NCBI GenBank assembly: GCA_964016885.1 | Contig: OZ024740.1 | Span: forward strand, 86,118,001-86,182,000 | Length of the DNA: 64,000 bases | Reading direction: 5' to 3' | Origin: Eledone cirrhosa | Taxonomy: Eukaryota | Notes under the pieces: model-generated | The model's database searches: none | The model's input: only the letters and a program-made list of their open reading frames with translations | Told to the model about the DNA's origin: nothing | Program-made: the position numbers and the translations under genes | In this document: positions 1 to 12,890 of the stretch, piece by piece | Layout: each line of letters starts with the position of its first letter | Numbering within the stretch: position 1 is the stretch's first letter

Positions 1-2731
1 AGAGGACATTGGAAGAAGAGATGCAGGCTGCAGATTTTGGTGAGGATTGGCCGACCCTTAAAAAGTCGGTTTATGATGTAGGCAGGCGTGTTCTGGGATT
101 GGCGCAGAGGAAACATCAGGACTGGTTTGATGAGAATGATGTACATATAGAAGACTTGTTGGCTGATAAGAGGCGTGCTCTGTCACGCTACTTGACGGCA
201 AAACCACAGGAGAGGAATACGTTGCATGAGGAACTCAGGGATGTAAAATCACGTGTTAGGCGGAGTCTTTCTCAGATGAAGGATGAGTGGTGGAGTGAGA
301 AGGCTGGTGAGATACAAACTGCGTCTGATTCCAATAACACAAAGCTGTTGTACAGTCTCTTGCGTGAGGTTTATGGACCGTCTTCTCCTCTGGTGACACC
401 GCTTCGTAGCAAGGAGGGCAAAGAACTTCTTCGTGACTCACAAGGAATTCTACGAAGGTGGCGAGAGCACTTTGATGATCTTTTGAATCAGCCGTCTGTC
501 GTCAGTGAAGATTTCCTCAATCTCATTCCAGAAAGTCCTGTGAAAGTAGCTCTCGCAGAACCTCCCACGCTTGTGGAGGTTGCAGTGGCTATTTCGAAGC
601 TGAACAATGGAAGATCTCCAGGCATGGATGGCATACATGCTGAGCTCCTACAATATGGTGGTGAGAGACTCCTGCAACATCTTCACTCTTTGTTTGGCAG
701 GATATGGGGTAATGAATCCGTACCTGAGGACTGGAGAGATGCAGTAATGGTGGTCTTGTACAAGGGAAAGGGTAACACGAACGATTGTGGGAATACCAGA
801 GGTATATCATTGCTTTCTGTCGTAGGGAAAGTTTTATGTAGGGTGCTTCTGGACCGTCTGCTGACACGCATTGCAGATTGTGTTCTTCCTGAAAGTCAAT
901 CTGGTTTTCGTGCTGGACGCGGCACTACTGATATGATCTTCTCAGCTAGACAGCTCCAGGAGAAGTGCATGGAACAAGGCTTGGATCTGTATCAGGTTTT
1001 TGTCGATCTGACAAAAGCTTTCGATACTGTTAACAGAGATGCATTATGGAAGGTTCTCCAGAAACTTGTCTGCCCTGATAAGTTCCTTGCTTTAGTTAGG
1101 TCTTTCCATGACGACATGAAGGCTTGGGTTAATGTCGGGGGTAACATGTCGGAACCTATCTCAGTAAAAAATGGAGTGAAACAGGGGGATATTCCAGCAC
1201 CGACCCTGATTACCATATACTTTGCAATGGTTTTCTGTATTGCATTCAGGAATTGCGAGCATGGTGTTTACATCCGATATGGAACCTCAGGCAGCATATT
1301 TAACATCAGGCGCTTTGCTGCAAAGACAAAAGTATTTACATCAATCATAAGAGACCTCTTGTATGCAGATGATTGCGATCTCGTAGCGCACACAGAGAGT
1401 GATATGCAGCACATTTTGAATGCATTTTCTGACGCTTGCACTGCCCTAGGTCTGACTGTCAGCCTCAAGAAAACCGTCGTCATGTACCAACCTGCCCCTG
1501 GTAAGCAGTACACTGAACCAAACATCTATGTGTATGGCAAACGACTTGGAGTGGTTGATCAGTTTGTCTACCTGGGAAGCACTGTCAATCGATACAGCAA
1601 CCTTGGCGGTGAGCTCTCACTTAGGATTAGGAAAGCAAGTGATGCTTTCGGAAAGCTAGAAAGGCGACTCTGGGGTCGGCGAGACATATGCAGGAGGACA
1701 AAGGTAAAAGTGTACAGGGCATGTGTGCTCTCTTGTCTTCTTTATGCCTGCGAGACCTGGGTCACTTATCGACACCACCTTAAGCGATTGGAGCGTTTCC
1801 ATCAGATGTGTCTCAGGCGGATCCATGGCGTTCACTGGAGGGACCACATCAGTGATGTCGAGATTTTTGAAAGCTCTATGTGTGACAGTATAGAAGCTCT
1901 TGTGCTTAAACAACGACTCCGTTGGGGTGGTCACCTTGCCAGGATGAAGGATTCTAGAATACCAAAACAACTCTTTTATGGAGAGTTGGTTAAAGGAAAA
2001 CGACCGCCACATAAACCAAAAAAGAGGTATAAGGATTCCTCGAAAGCCTCTCTGAAAGACGCTAACATCTCTGCTGATACATGGGAGAATATTGCTGCTG
2101 ATCGTAATAAATGGAGAAAGACTGTATATGAGGGAAAAGTTGCCTTTGAGGCATCTCGAATCGCATACGAGAAAGTAAAGCGGGATGTGAGGAAGGGCAT
2201 TGCTGTTGCACTTCCAGACGGCGAGGGTCATGCTGTGGTGCTGACATGCAGCGTATGTGCGAGACTCTGCCTAAGCAAAGCTGGAGTCGAAAGTCATCTT
2301 CGCAGTCATAAAGTAAGACCAGTGGTTAACTACCAGGCTGCTGTTGGAGATGCTATTTATCATGCTTGCCAAACATGTGGTAGAGAATGTAAATCAGCAG
2401 GAGGGCTCAAGCGACATGCAAAAGTACACGAACTCCAACCACAACCGACTATTCCCAGTGTATGTTTTGGTTGCCGACTCTGTGCAAGACATTTTAGATC
2501 TTTGGCTGGGCTAAAAAGCCACATTCGATCGCAGCGTTGTTAGTTGCTATCGTGTGTGTGTGTGTAGATATGCTTATGTGTGTGCGTGTGTGTGTATATA
2601 TATATGTATATTATTATTGTTGTTGTCGTTATTATTATTGTTGTTATTATTATTATTATTATTATTATTGTTATTAATGTATGTGTGTGCGTATATGTGT
2701 GTGTGAGTGTGTGTGTGTGTATATGTGTATG

Positions 2732-2781
<50 letters not shown>

Positions 2782-2811
2782 TATTTTTATTTTTTATTTT
2801 TATTTTATTTT

Positions 2812-2847
<36 letters not shown>

Positions 2848-2903
2848 TTTTTCTTTCTCCTCGTGCAATGGCCATACTCGATAACGAGGGGGCAGCCATC
2901 ATC
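1..2903 (+). mobile_element. RTE-clade (BovB-like) non-LTR retrotransposon, 5' end outside window; 3' UTR contains compound microsatellites and ends in a stem-loop
   Basis: Long RT ORF followed by a 3' UTR ending TGCAATGGCCATACTCGATAACGAGGGGGCAGCCATCAT and then TA-rich repeats; the same end recurs at about 4786-4823. Confidence 0.93.
9..2543 (+). CDS. RTE ORF: reverse transcriptase plus three C-terminal C2H2-type zinc fingers (N-terminus upstream of window)
   Basis: Motifs RGISLLS, QSGFRAGRGT, FVDLTKAFD, GVKQGD, LYADD, FVYLGS, LLYACETW; fingers CSVC..HLRSH, CQTC..HAKVH, CRLC..HIRSQ. Confidence 0.93.
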   Translation: MEEEMQAADFGEDWPTLKKSVYDVGRRVLGLAQRKHQDWFDENDVHIEDLLADKRRALSRYLTAKPQERNTLHEELRDVKSRVRRSLSQMKDEWWSEKAGEIQTASDSNNTKLLYSLLREVYGPSSPLVTPLRSKEGKELLRDSQGILRRWREHFDDLLNQPSVVSEDFLNLIPESPVKVALAEPPTLVEVAVAISKLNNGRSPGMDGIHAELLQYGGERLLQHLHSLFGRIWGNESVPEDWRDAVMVVLYKGKGNTNDCGNTRGISLLSVVGKVLCRVLLDRLLTRIADCVLPESQSGFRAGRGTTDMIFSARQLQEKCMEQGLDLYQVFVDLTKAFDTVNRDALWKVLQKLVCPDKFLALVRSFHDDMKAWVNVGGNMSEPISVKNGVKQGDIPAPTLITIYFAMVFCIAFRNCEHGVYIRYGTSGSIFNIRRFAAKTKVFTSIIRDLLYADDCDLVAHTESDMQHILNAFSDACTALGLTVSLKKTVVMYQPAPGKQYTEPNIYVYGKRLGVVDQFVYLGSTVNRYSNLGGELSLRIRKASDAFGKLERRLWGRRDICRRTKVKVYRACVLSCLLYACETWVTYRHHLKRLERFHQMCLRRIHGVHWRDHISDVEIFESSMCDSIEALVLKQRLRWGGHLARMKDSRIPKQLFYGELVKGKRPPHKPKKRYKDSSKASLKDANISADTWENIAADRNKWRKTVYEGKVAFEASRIAYEKVKRDVRKGIAVALPDGEGHAVVLTCSVCARLCLSKAGVESHLRSHKVRPVVNYQAAVGDAIYHACQTCGRECKSAGGLKRHAKVHELQPQPTIPSVCFGCRLCARHFRSLAGLKSHIRSQRC

Positions 2904-3170
2904 ATATATATATACATAAGTATGTATATATGTATGTATGTATATATGTATGTATGTATATATGTATATACATATGTATGTATATATGCATGTATGTATA
3001 TGTGTATATACATATGTATGTATATATGTATTTATATATATATACATATGTATGTATATATATACGTATGTATATATATATGTATGTATGTATATATATA
3101 TGCATATGTATGTATATATATATGTATGTATGTATATATATATGTATGTATGTATGTATGTATACATATG

Positions 3171-3202
<32 letters not shown>

Positions 3203-3432
3203 TATACATATGTATGTATATATATATGTATGTATATATATATACAAATGTATGTATATATATGTATACATGTGTATGTATATATATGTATATATATATA
3301 CATATGTATGTATATATATATGTATGTATATATATATACATATGTATGTATATATATATGTATGTGTATGTATATATATATGTATGTATATGTATATATG
3401 TATGTATATATGTATGTATGTATATGTATGTA
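2904..3432. repeat. Compound (TA)n/(TATG)n microsatellite between the two RTE copies
   Basis: Directly visible low-complexity tract. Confidence 0.95.
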
Positions 3433-4815
3433 TATGTGTATGGCAAACGACTTGGAGTGGTTGATCAGTTTGTCTACCTGGGAAGCACTGTCAATCGATA
3501 CAGCAACCTTGACAGTGAAATTTCACTCAGGATTAGGAAAGCAAGTGATGCTTTCGGAAAGCTAGAAAGGCGACTCTGGGGTCGCCGAGACATATGCAGG
3601 AGGACAAAGGTAAAGGTGTACAGGGCATGTGTGCTCTCTTGTCTTCTTTATGCCTGCGAGACCTGGGTCACATATCGACACCACCTTAAGCGATTGGAGC
3701 GTTTCTATCAGATGTGTCTCAGGCGGATCCATGGCGTTCACTGGAGGGACCACATCAGTGATGTCGAGATTTTGGAAAGCTCTATGTGTGACAGTATAGA
3801 AGCTCTTGTGCTTAAGCAACGACTCCGTTGGAGTGGTCACATTGCCAGGATGAAGGATTCTAAAATACCAAAACAACTCTTTTATGGAGAGTTGGTTAAA
3901 GGAAAACGACCGCCACATAAACCAAAAAAGAGGTATAAGGATTCCTCGAAAGCCTCTCTGAAAGACGCTAACATCTCTGCTGATACATGGGAGAATATTG
4001 CTGCTGATCGTAATAAATGGAGAAAGACTGTATATGAGGGAAAAGTTGCCTTTGAGGCATCTCGAATCGCATACGAGAAAGTAAAGCGGGATGTGAGGAA
4101 GGGTATTGCTGTTGCACTTCCAGACGGCGAGGGTCCTCCTATGGGGCTGACATGCAGCGTATGTGCGAGACTCTGCCTAAGCAAAGCTGGACTCGAAAGT
4201 CATCTTCGCAGTCATAAAGTAAGACCAGTGGTTAACTACCAGGCTGCTGTTGGAGATGCTACTTATCATGCTTGCCAAACATGTGGTAGAGAATGTAAAT
4301 CAGCAGGAGGGCTCAAGCGACATGCAAAAGTACACGAACTCCAACCACAGCCGACTATTCCCAGTAAATGTTTTGGTTGCCGACTCTGTGCAAGACATTT
4401 TAGATCATTGGCTGGGCTAAAAAGCCACATTCGATCGCAGCGCTGTTAGTTGCTATCGTGTGTGTGTGTGTAGATATGCTTATGTGCGTGCGTGTGTGTA
4501 TATATATATATGTATATGAATATTATTATTGTTGTTGTCGTTATTATTATTGTTGTTATTATTATTATTATTATTATTGTTGTTATTAATGTATGTGTGT
4601 GTGTATATGTGTGTGAGTGTGTGTGTATATGTGTATGTATATGTACATATATATATATATATTTCTTTTTTTTTCTTTTTCTTTTTTTTTATTTATGTAT
4701 TATTATTATTATTATTATTTATTTTATTTATTTATTTATTTATTTATTTTTTTTATATTTTTTTTTGTTTTTTCTTTCTCCTCGTGCAATGGCCATACTC
4801 GATAACGAGGGGGCA

Positions 4816-4823
<8 letters not shown>
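3433..4823 (+). mobile_element. Second, 5'-truncated tandem copy of the same RTE (RT C-terminus, zinc fingers, 3' UTR)
   Basis: Nearly identical to 1527-2903, starting at TATGTGTATGGCAAACGACTTGG, with scattered substitutions. Confidence 0.93.
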
Positions 4824-4847
<24 letters not shown>

Positions 4848-5328
4848 TGTGTTCCGAAGAGATTGTTTTGGTAAAAATTGGAGCAAGCAGGAGAGAGCTC
4901 TCAACATTCGTAGTTTGTAATTACGATGGAGATTCAGTATGATAATGACATTAATAAAGATGCTGATGTCACTTAAATCGTTTATTCATTATAATTAATT
5001 CAACGGTTCTCCCATGCAATCAAGATGTAATTCATGCATTTGTTGTTGTTTTGAGAACGGATGAAATTTGATTTTGTGATATTCTGCCGGCTGAAAAAAC
5101 ACGTCTTTCTGCTCGTTCGTCCAGTATACATATGTGTTCCTAAAAGGGTCTCTCAGCCGCCGTGTTTACTGGAGTAAAGTGCTATCCATGTGTCAATTAG
5201 TGAAATCAGGATTCACGCAATGGAATTAGGATCGTAAATCAACAAAAGGGTAACTGTTCAAGTGTGTTGCGTTGATCTCCACCAAACGATAGTCTATGCG
5301 TAGCTAGAATCCAGCAGATAGTGGAAGC

Positions 5329-5655
5329 AATAAATGGAACTCTGAGGGTGAGGTATATATTTTGTTGACAGCCACATTCAAGACAACAGCTACAACAACA
5401 ACGACAACAGCAAACACCGACCAACATCGCCTACACAGGCCATTGTAGTCGCAGTGATAGTAATTCCCAGCTAACAACGACAACGACAACAACAACAGCA
5501 ATAAACGGAACCCTGAGATAGGGCTATATACACACTTGTTGGCAGCCATCCTCAAGACAACAGCAACGACAACCACAACAACAAAAACAACAACAGCAAC
5601 ACCACCCCATCGCTCACACTGGTCGTCGCAGTAGTAGTGATATTAGTACCCAGCT
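5329..5655. repeat. Two diverged ~170-180 bp CAA-rich tandem units
   Basis: CAATAAAyGGAACyCTGAG ... GyAGCCA..CAAGACAACAGC ... GTCGCAGT..TAGT..CCCAGCTA occurs twice. Confidence 0.55.
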
Positions 5656-6329
5656 AGTGGCAGCGAGTATATCTCTACCCGAGATCCAGGCAACGGCAAC
5701 ACTATCAACAAAAACAACACCAGTAATGAACCCGTCACGGCGACGAAGGCAACAAAAAAGGTCGCTGTAAATAAATCCTTACATTTATTAATGTTAGTAC
5801 TATTATTATAGTACTAACATAATAAACATAACAATCATCGCGTCCACCATATGGCACAAGGCCAGCAATAATCTAAGTGCAGAATAATAGTTAACCACAA
5901 TAGTAGTCAGTTGTAACTACATTGGTATCAATAATAACAACGGTAGCAAGTCTGATAAAAAAGGACTGCTAAGGAAGTGCTTATCCACCATTCGGTTATG
6001 CACGCATGGGATCTTATGATCGCGGCATGAGGGTCCGTCTTTTATATCCCTTTGTTCCTTGGTCCTTGTTCTCCGTATGTATACCCGCTTTTGTATATAT
6101 GTATAATCTTCGTTCCGTTTGTTCCTCTGTTCTTCATATGTGTACCTGCATTTATATATGTATGATTTTTGTTCCTATATTCACTTCCTACAGCTCACTT
6201 CCACAGTCTAGCAGAGGGCGAGGAACTTGGTTTATAAGTCGGCTCGTTCCATCTTCTTGTCCGACACTACTACTACTGCAGTTATATTCAACACCAGTCA
6301 GACGGTAACAGGCAACAAACCGACTTCTA

Positions 6330-6575
6330 TTTTAAATCACCTAAGAGAAGAGAGAGACAGAAAGCGATAAACGAATATGTGAACTCATTTATATGTATGT
6401 AAGCCATGTTCTCTTTTACCCTCTTCTTATTAATATACAGCTTAACTCTATTATAAACTCTATTATATACTTCTAATCATATTTCCTGTAGCGTGAAGAA
6501 GCCTTAACAACTTTTGGCTGAAACCGGTACGAGAAGATCCTATTAACATTTTCTATTATTTTTCTTATTTTCCTA
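6330..6575 (+). mobile_element. Probable PLE pLTR remnant with degenerate hammerhead
   Basis: 6493-6532 GTGAAGA-AGCC...GGCT-GAAA-CCGG-TA; followed by (TA)n. Confidence 0.4.
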
Positions 6576-6595
6576 ATATATATATATATATATTT

Positions 6596-8056
6596 CTAGG
6601 GCGGGTAAAATTCCCGAGATCCATGGACGAGTTCTCTCCAGCGGTCTCTGTCCCTCATTATCGCTGCCATGTCCCGCGTCTCCAACAGACCAGTGTCTGA
6701 CCTTAGGGCATCAACATACGTTAACCTTGGTCTTCCTCTTCTAGTGTGTCCATGTAGGGGCACCGACAGGAGCACTGAGAGCAATGTCAACTCTGGATGT
6801 CGGTGAGCATGTCCAGCTAACCTCAGTCTCCTCTGTGTCACTTTTGAGCTCACTTTTGGGAGACTCCCATACAGCTCTGAGTCTTTCATCCTCAGTGTAT
6901 ACTGATTAATGTTCAGAGCCATCCTCAGCATTCTCGTGTAGCAGCCATCCACCATCTGAGTGAGTTTCTTGGTCAGTGTCCAAGTCTCAGACCCGTACAG
7001 CAGCACAGACTCCACTACAGCAATGAAGAGGCGGATTTTCAGGTCTTTACGAAGGTCCGACTTCCACACCAATCTCAAGCTGTGGCACGCCGCCCAGGCT
7101 TTGCTCTTCCTCTCAACCACATCATCTTCCGTATTCCCAATCTTTGCTCCCAAATACAGGAAGTCCTCAGCCAATTCTAGCGGCTTCCCGCCTACATTAG
7201 TGATCCCCTCTGGCTTCTCAACATTCTCTACCAGATATTTTGTTTTAGTCTCATTCATTCTCAGCCCCACACTCATCGACACAGTCAAATCCACTTCATC
7301 AAATGCATCCTCATGCATCAAATTCTCTTCCTCCTTCACTGTATTTGTCACCAAAACTATGGCGTCGGCAAATTCAGCATCTGATACCCTTTTCGTCTTA
7401 ACTCTCCTGTTCTGAGCTGGTGCTACAGTAAAGTCAGAGTCCTGGTGTTTCTCCAGTGCAAGGCGCATAAAATAGTCCACTACGATGATAAAAAGGTAGG
7501 AAGCCAATGTATCTCCCTCGAACACTCCAGCCAGTATCTCAAAGAACTCTGTCATCCCATCAGGTGTAATGACTTGGGCTTTGGTGTTGGTGTAGAGCTG
7601 TGATATCAGGTCCACTATCTTCTTGGGGATTCCATAAGCCTGTAAGATCTTCATCAGACAGGGACGGTTCACAGAATCAAAGGCCTTCCTAAAGTCAATG
7701 AAAACCATGACTGCAGGAATGCACTTTGCTCTAGCTCCCTCTAATATCCTCCTCAGCATCATGATGTGACTGGTGGTTGATCTTCCCTCTCTGAAGCCGT
7801 TCTGGTTTTCCCTGAGCTTCTTCTCTATCTCAGGCTGGATCCTGTTAAGAATCATCCTGTTGAGGGTCTTTGCCACAAGTGACGTCAGTGAGATCCCCCT
7901 GAAGTTGTTGGTGTTAGAGAGATCTCCCTTCTTTGGCACTGGGACGATGTTACTGATCCTCCACTGATTCGGGGCAACTCCTTTATCCAGTGCCTGGTTA
8001 CAGAACCCCAGGATGATTTCATCAAAATCACACCTCTTCATCACCTCTGATGCCAC
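6596..8056 (-). pseudogene. Reverse transcriptase domain (catalytic ADD reads FADA)
   Basis: Translated ORF motifs; frameshifts upstream. Confidence 0.85.
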
Positions 8057-8885
8057 CCCATCTTCTCCATGAGCCTTGCCCTCCTTGATACTCTTCTTGG
8101 CTCTCTGAAGCTCCTCTCTGGTGAAGAGCTCTGTCTCAATATCCAGTTCCTCAAACAGCCGCCTGATTTTCCCCAGTGCTCTGGGCTGTGGAGGGTGGCT
8201 CTCCTAGTAGGGTCCTAAAATGGTCTAGCAATTTCCTCTTCCTATCCTCAGGCCCCGTTCCTTGGATCTGACTCGAACACCTTCTCTTCCTCCGTGATCT
8301 CGTTGATGATCCTCCTTCTCTCCTTACATCCAGATTTGTCAACCGCTCTCTCCACACTTCTGATCTTCTCTATCAGTGCCTCCTCTCTGGCCTCAGTGTA
8401 AAAAGGTACAGAGTTCTTCCCTCATCACCTCCACAGTCTCCATCCTCTCATCCGTAGGATCAGCATAGAATTGGTCCTTGGCAGCTTTCAGGTGTTCTCT
8501 AGCTGCACACATTTTTGGGTCTGGAGAGCTGACGTGCTTCCTTTTGTTCTTTTTCCTCGGCACCAGGCTTTCACTTGCTTCCGCCACTGCATTGGTGAAG
8601 TGCCCGTACCCCCTCGTCACACGCTCCTCAGTCCATCCAATCACTCTCTCCTCTGTCTCTCCACACAGAGCACTGAACCTGTTCCTCACTTCCACTGTGA
8701 ACCTCTTCTCTAGCTTATCATCTTCCTTGAAAGCTCCCCAGTCATAGATTGCTCCCCGGGGCTGAGCCTTGCTCTTTCTTAAGCTCACCCGGACCTCACT
8801 CATAACAAGCCGGTGGTCACTACCCAGTGTACTGAAATAGTTGTATGGTTCTATGTTCAGAACACTATTCCCCCACTTTTTTTTT

Positions 8886-9541
8886 GGCACTTTTAATGTG
8901 AGGACTATTCGGACGCTGTAGAAGAGAGAGGAGTTGGGACATCTGTTCGAGGAGAGTGGTATACAGATACTTGTGATCCAAGAACACAGGATCCTACACG
9001 ATGAGCCGGCGAGGAGTGTGATGATTGGGAAAAGGAGCCAGCTCATCACCACATCGGCAGTGAGGAACATGACCAATGCTGCAATAGAAGGAGTGGGTTT
9101 TGTTTTCAGCACAAAAACCAGTCTATTGGTGAGGGAAACAATGCCTGTCTCCCCGCGAGTGTTGAGGGTGACCTTCAATGGAAACCCAAGACTGACAGTC
9201 ATCTTAGTCTATAGTCCAACCGAGGGATATAGTGATGTGAGTGCGGAAGAGTTCCATGAGGAGGTGTGTAGAGCTGTCGACACCACTCAAGCACACAACA
9301 TCCTGCTTGTTTTGGGGGTCTTCAATGCACATTTGAGTAAGGAGGGCAGGGAAGATCCTTGCTGGTACTTCCATAACAACACCAACCGAAATGGAAGACT
9401 ACTGACAGACACCCTGCTGGAAGCGAACTTGATGGCGACCAACTAAGGTTTAGGAAGAATCCAGGGAAGATGTGGACCTACATCTCAGATATGCACCTGT
9501 CCAAGTCCCAGATTGATTTCATTCTGGTGAGGAAAAAGTGG

Positions 9542-9545
<4 letters not shown>
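8886..9545 (+). pseudogene. Inverted APE endonuclease domain of the LINE
   Basis: GTFNVRT, IQEHR, VYSPTE, LGVFNAH, IDFILVRKKW. Confidence 0.85.
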
Positions 9546-10446
<901 letters not shown>

Positions 10447-10468
10447 ACACATATATATATATATATAC

Positions 10469-10739
<271 letters not shown>

Positions 10740-10934
10740 TGAATATATGAATATATGTATGGGGTAATGCGTATTGAGTAAGGCGAGGTTATTAAATGAT
10801 TAGCTAAAATGTATTTATATCTTTTCGTATATTTATACACAAACATTACAGTATATATTTGTATGTATGTGTGTGTGTTGGTTAGGTATGTACACATGCT
10901 GCAACACTGACTTCGATTCTTTTAAATATACATG

Positions 10935-10995
<61 letters not shown>

Positions 10996-10999
<4 letters not shown>

Positions 11000-11193
11000 A
11001 AGTACGACCCCAGCGGCAGAGCTAAAGCCGTTTCGGCGGCTATTTCTGGACTCAGTCCAGAAATAGCAATCGAAACGGCTTGAACTCTGCCGTCGGGGTC
11101 ATACTTTTTACTATTTCCCACTCTACTACCCTAAGTATTGAGTACTCTGGTGCGTTATGGTCCATCTGGTTCCTTACCACAATTCCTTTGTTA
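10996..11193 (+). mobile_element. PLE pLTR fold-back, family 'C' (also 18735-18875, 28120-28302, 30480-30530, 62420-63225)
   Basis: Imperfect palindrome 10996-11109; 3' half of HHR GAAACGGCT..GCCGTC-GGGGT; shared tail CTACTACCCTAAGTATTGAGTACTCTGGTGCGTTATGGTCC. Confidence 0.7.
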
Positions 11194-11194
11194 T

Positions 11195-11217
11195 AGGCCA
11201 TTTATCGCTTAAAAGGC

Positions 11218-11307
<90 letters not shown>

Positions 11308-11550
11308 CTTTTAAGCGATAAATGGCCTTGGGCGCGCTGCTTTTCGATTTCGATGAACATCTATGATCGCAGTTAACAGCTGATGAAGGGTTTCTTCTCT
11401 TGTTAACGTCCATATTACTATCTTACACTTTGTTTACAGTAGCCAAACAGCCTGCTACGTTTCTTGTAATTTTTTATTTACCGCTGTGACTCCCCTCTAC
11501 TTGTTTAGCTCGATTTCTGGTCCCACCACGATTTCATATCGACTCGCTCC
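11195..11550 (+). mobile_element. Short element with ~24-bp inverted repeat around a (TA)n loop and a partial HHR core (CTGATGA at about 11380)
   Basis: GGCCATTTATCGCTTAAAAGGCCA / TGGCCTTTTAAGCGATAAATGGCC. Confidence 0.5.
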
Positions 11551-12221
11551 TTCTCTCTCTCCCCTTTTGTTTTTTCTCTCTCTCGTTCTCTCATCTTCTC
11601 TTTTTCTCTCTATCCATCTGTTCGTTTTATATATATATAAACATCTACATATATAAACATCTATATATATATATACACACACATGCAAACACACAGACAC
11701 ACATGCATATATACATATATATATATAGATGTAGATAGGTAAATATACACGGGTGTGTATGATTGTGTATATATATATATATATACACACATATGTGTAT
11801 ATGTACACACACATAAGCGTAGTCACCAGTAATCACTTAGCCTGTTTTAGTGCACACACACGCACGCAAACACACACACACACACACACACACTGGCTCA
11901 TATACATTCAAACAAATACGCGCCCAGATACCTCCGTGCCCACGTACATCTGCAAAGATACATACACGCACGCACACATCTCTGTCCGTACTCAAATGTG
12001 GTATACTCACAGTCATAAATCTGCACAAAAGTCATATAGGGTCATGAAAGGATGCATCCTGTTATACATGCACGATCATAAACAATGTAAGCAAATACAT
12101 ACACCCATACACATACATGCAAGCGTGCATACACACATAAAAATAAATAAATAAATAAATAAGTAAATAGAAAAATATAAATAATAAATAAATAAATAAA
12201 TAAATAAAAGTATATATAAAT

Positions 12222-12294
<73 letters not shown>

Positions 12295-12377
12295 TACACG
12301 CACACATACATATACATACACATATACGCACACATATATATATATATATACATACATATACACATATACATATATAC

Positions 12378-12831
12378 AATATATTAATAAATGGAAACTA
12401 TATTTATAAAACCATAATTATTTTATTATATATATTTCAAGGGCAACCAAGGCAAATTTTGGTGCGCTTTCATCAGATAAAATACAAAATTTGTTTTATA
12501 AATGTTGACATACCCGCGGAAAAACAACCTTGACGGTTGAAGGTTCTCTGGATGGTCCAGAGACCATCCAGAGAACCTTCAACCGTCAAGGTTGTTTTTC
12601 CGCGGGTATGTCAACATTTATAAAACAAATTTTGTATTTTATCTGATGAAAGCGCACCAAAATTTGCCTTGGTTGCCCTTGAAATATATATAATAATATA
12701 ATTATGGTTTTATAAATATAGTTTCCATTTATTAATATATTGAATATTTACTCCAGTAAACTGTTGAGTGCTTTATATCAGTTATAAAACTTTTAAGCTT
12801 ATTGAATCCCACAATTTAATATAACTTTTGC
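12378..12831 (+). mobile_element. PLE pLTR fold-back, family 'D' (palindrome 12378-12742); HHR at about 12636-12698
   Basis: TTTTAT-CTGATGA-AAGCGCACCAA..TTGGTTGCCCTT-GAAA-TATATA-TA-ATAA; ~180-bp arms. Confidence 0.78.
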
Positions 12832-12859
12832 ATATATATATATATATATATACATACGC

Positions 12860-12890
<31 letters not shown>

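Larger units (their letters stand above)
6596..9545 (-). mobile_element. RTE/RTE-X-like LINE, decayed, with inverted 5' (APE endonuclease) segment; flanked by (TA)n on both sides
   Basis: RT ORF 6596-8056 (-) with RGISLTS, QNGFREGRST, FIDFRKAFD, FLYLG, LLYGSETW; SDHRLV at about 8810 (-); APE motifs on + strand 8886-9545. Confidence 0.9.

Noticed and set aside
2580-3464. Long Y/I/V/C/M/H/T-rich ORFs here and throughout the window
   Set aside because: Translations of (TA)n, (CA)n and (TATG)n microsatellites that lack stop codons; not genes.
2938-4449. 503-aa ORF as a chimeric protein
   Set aside because: The N-terminal third is microsatellite read-through; only the truncated RTE part is coding-derived.
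5784-5826. AT-rich hairpin ATGTTAGTACTAT/ATAGTACTAACAT
   Set aside because: Short, AT-rich and without ribozyme core or element context.
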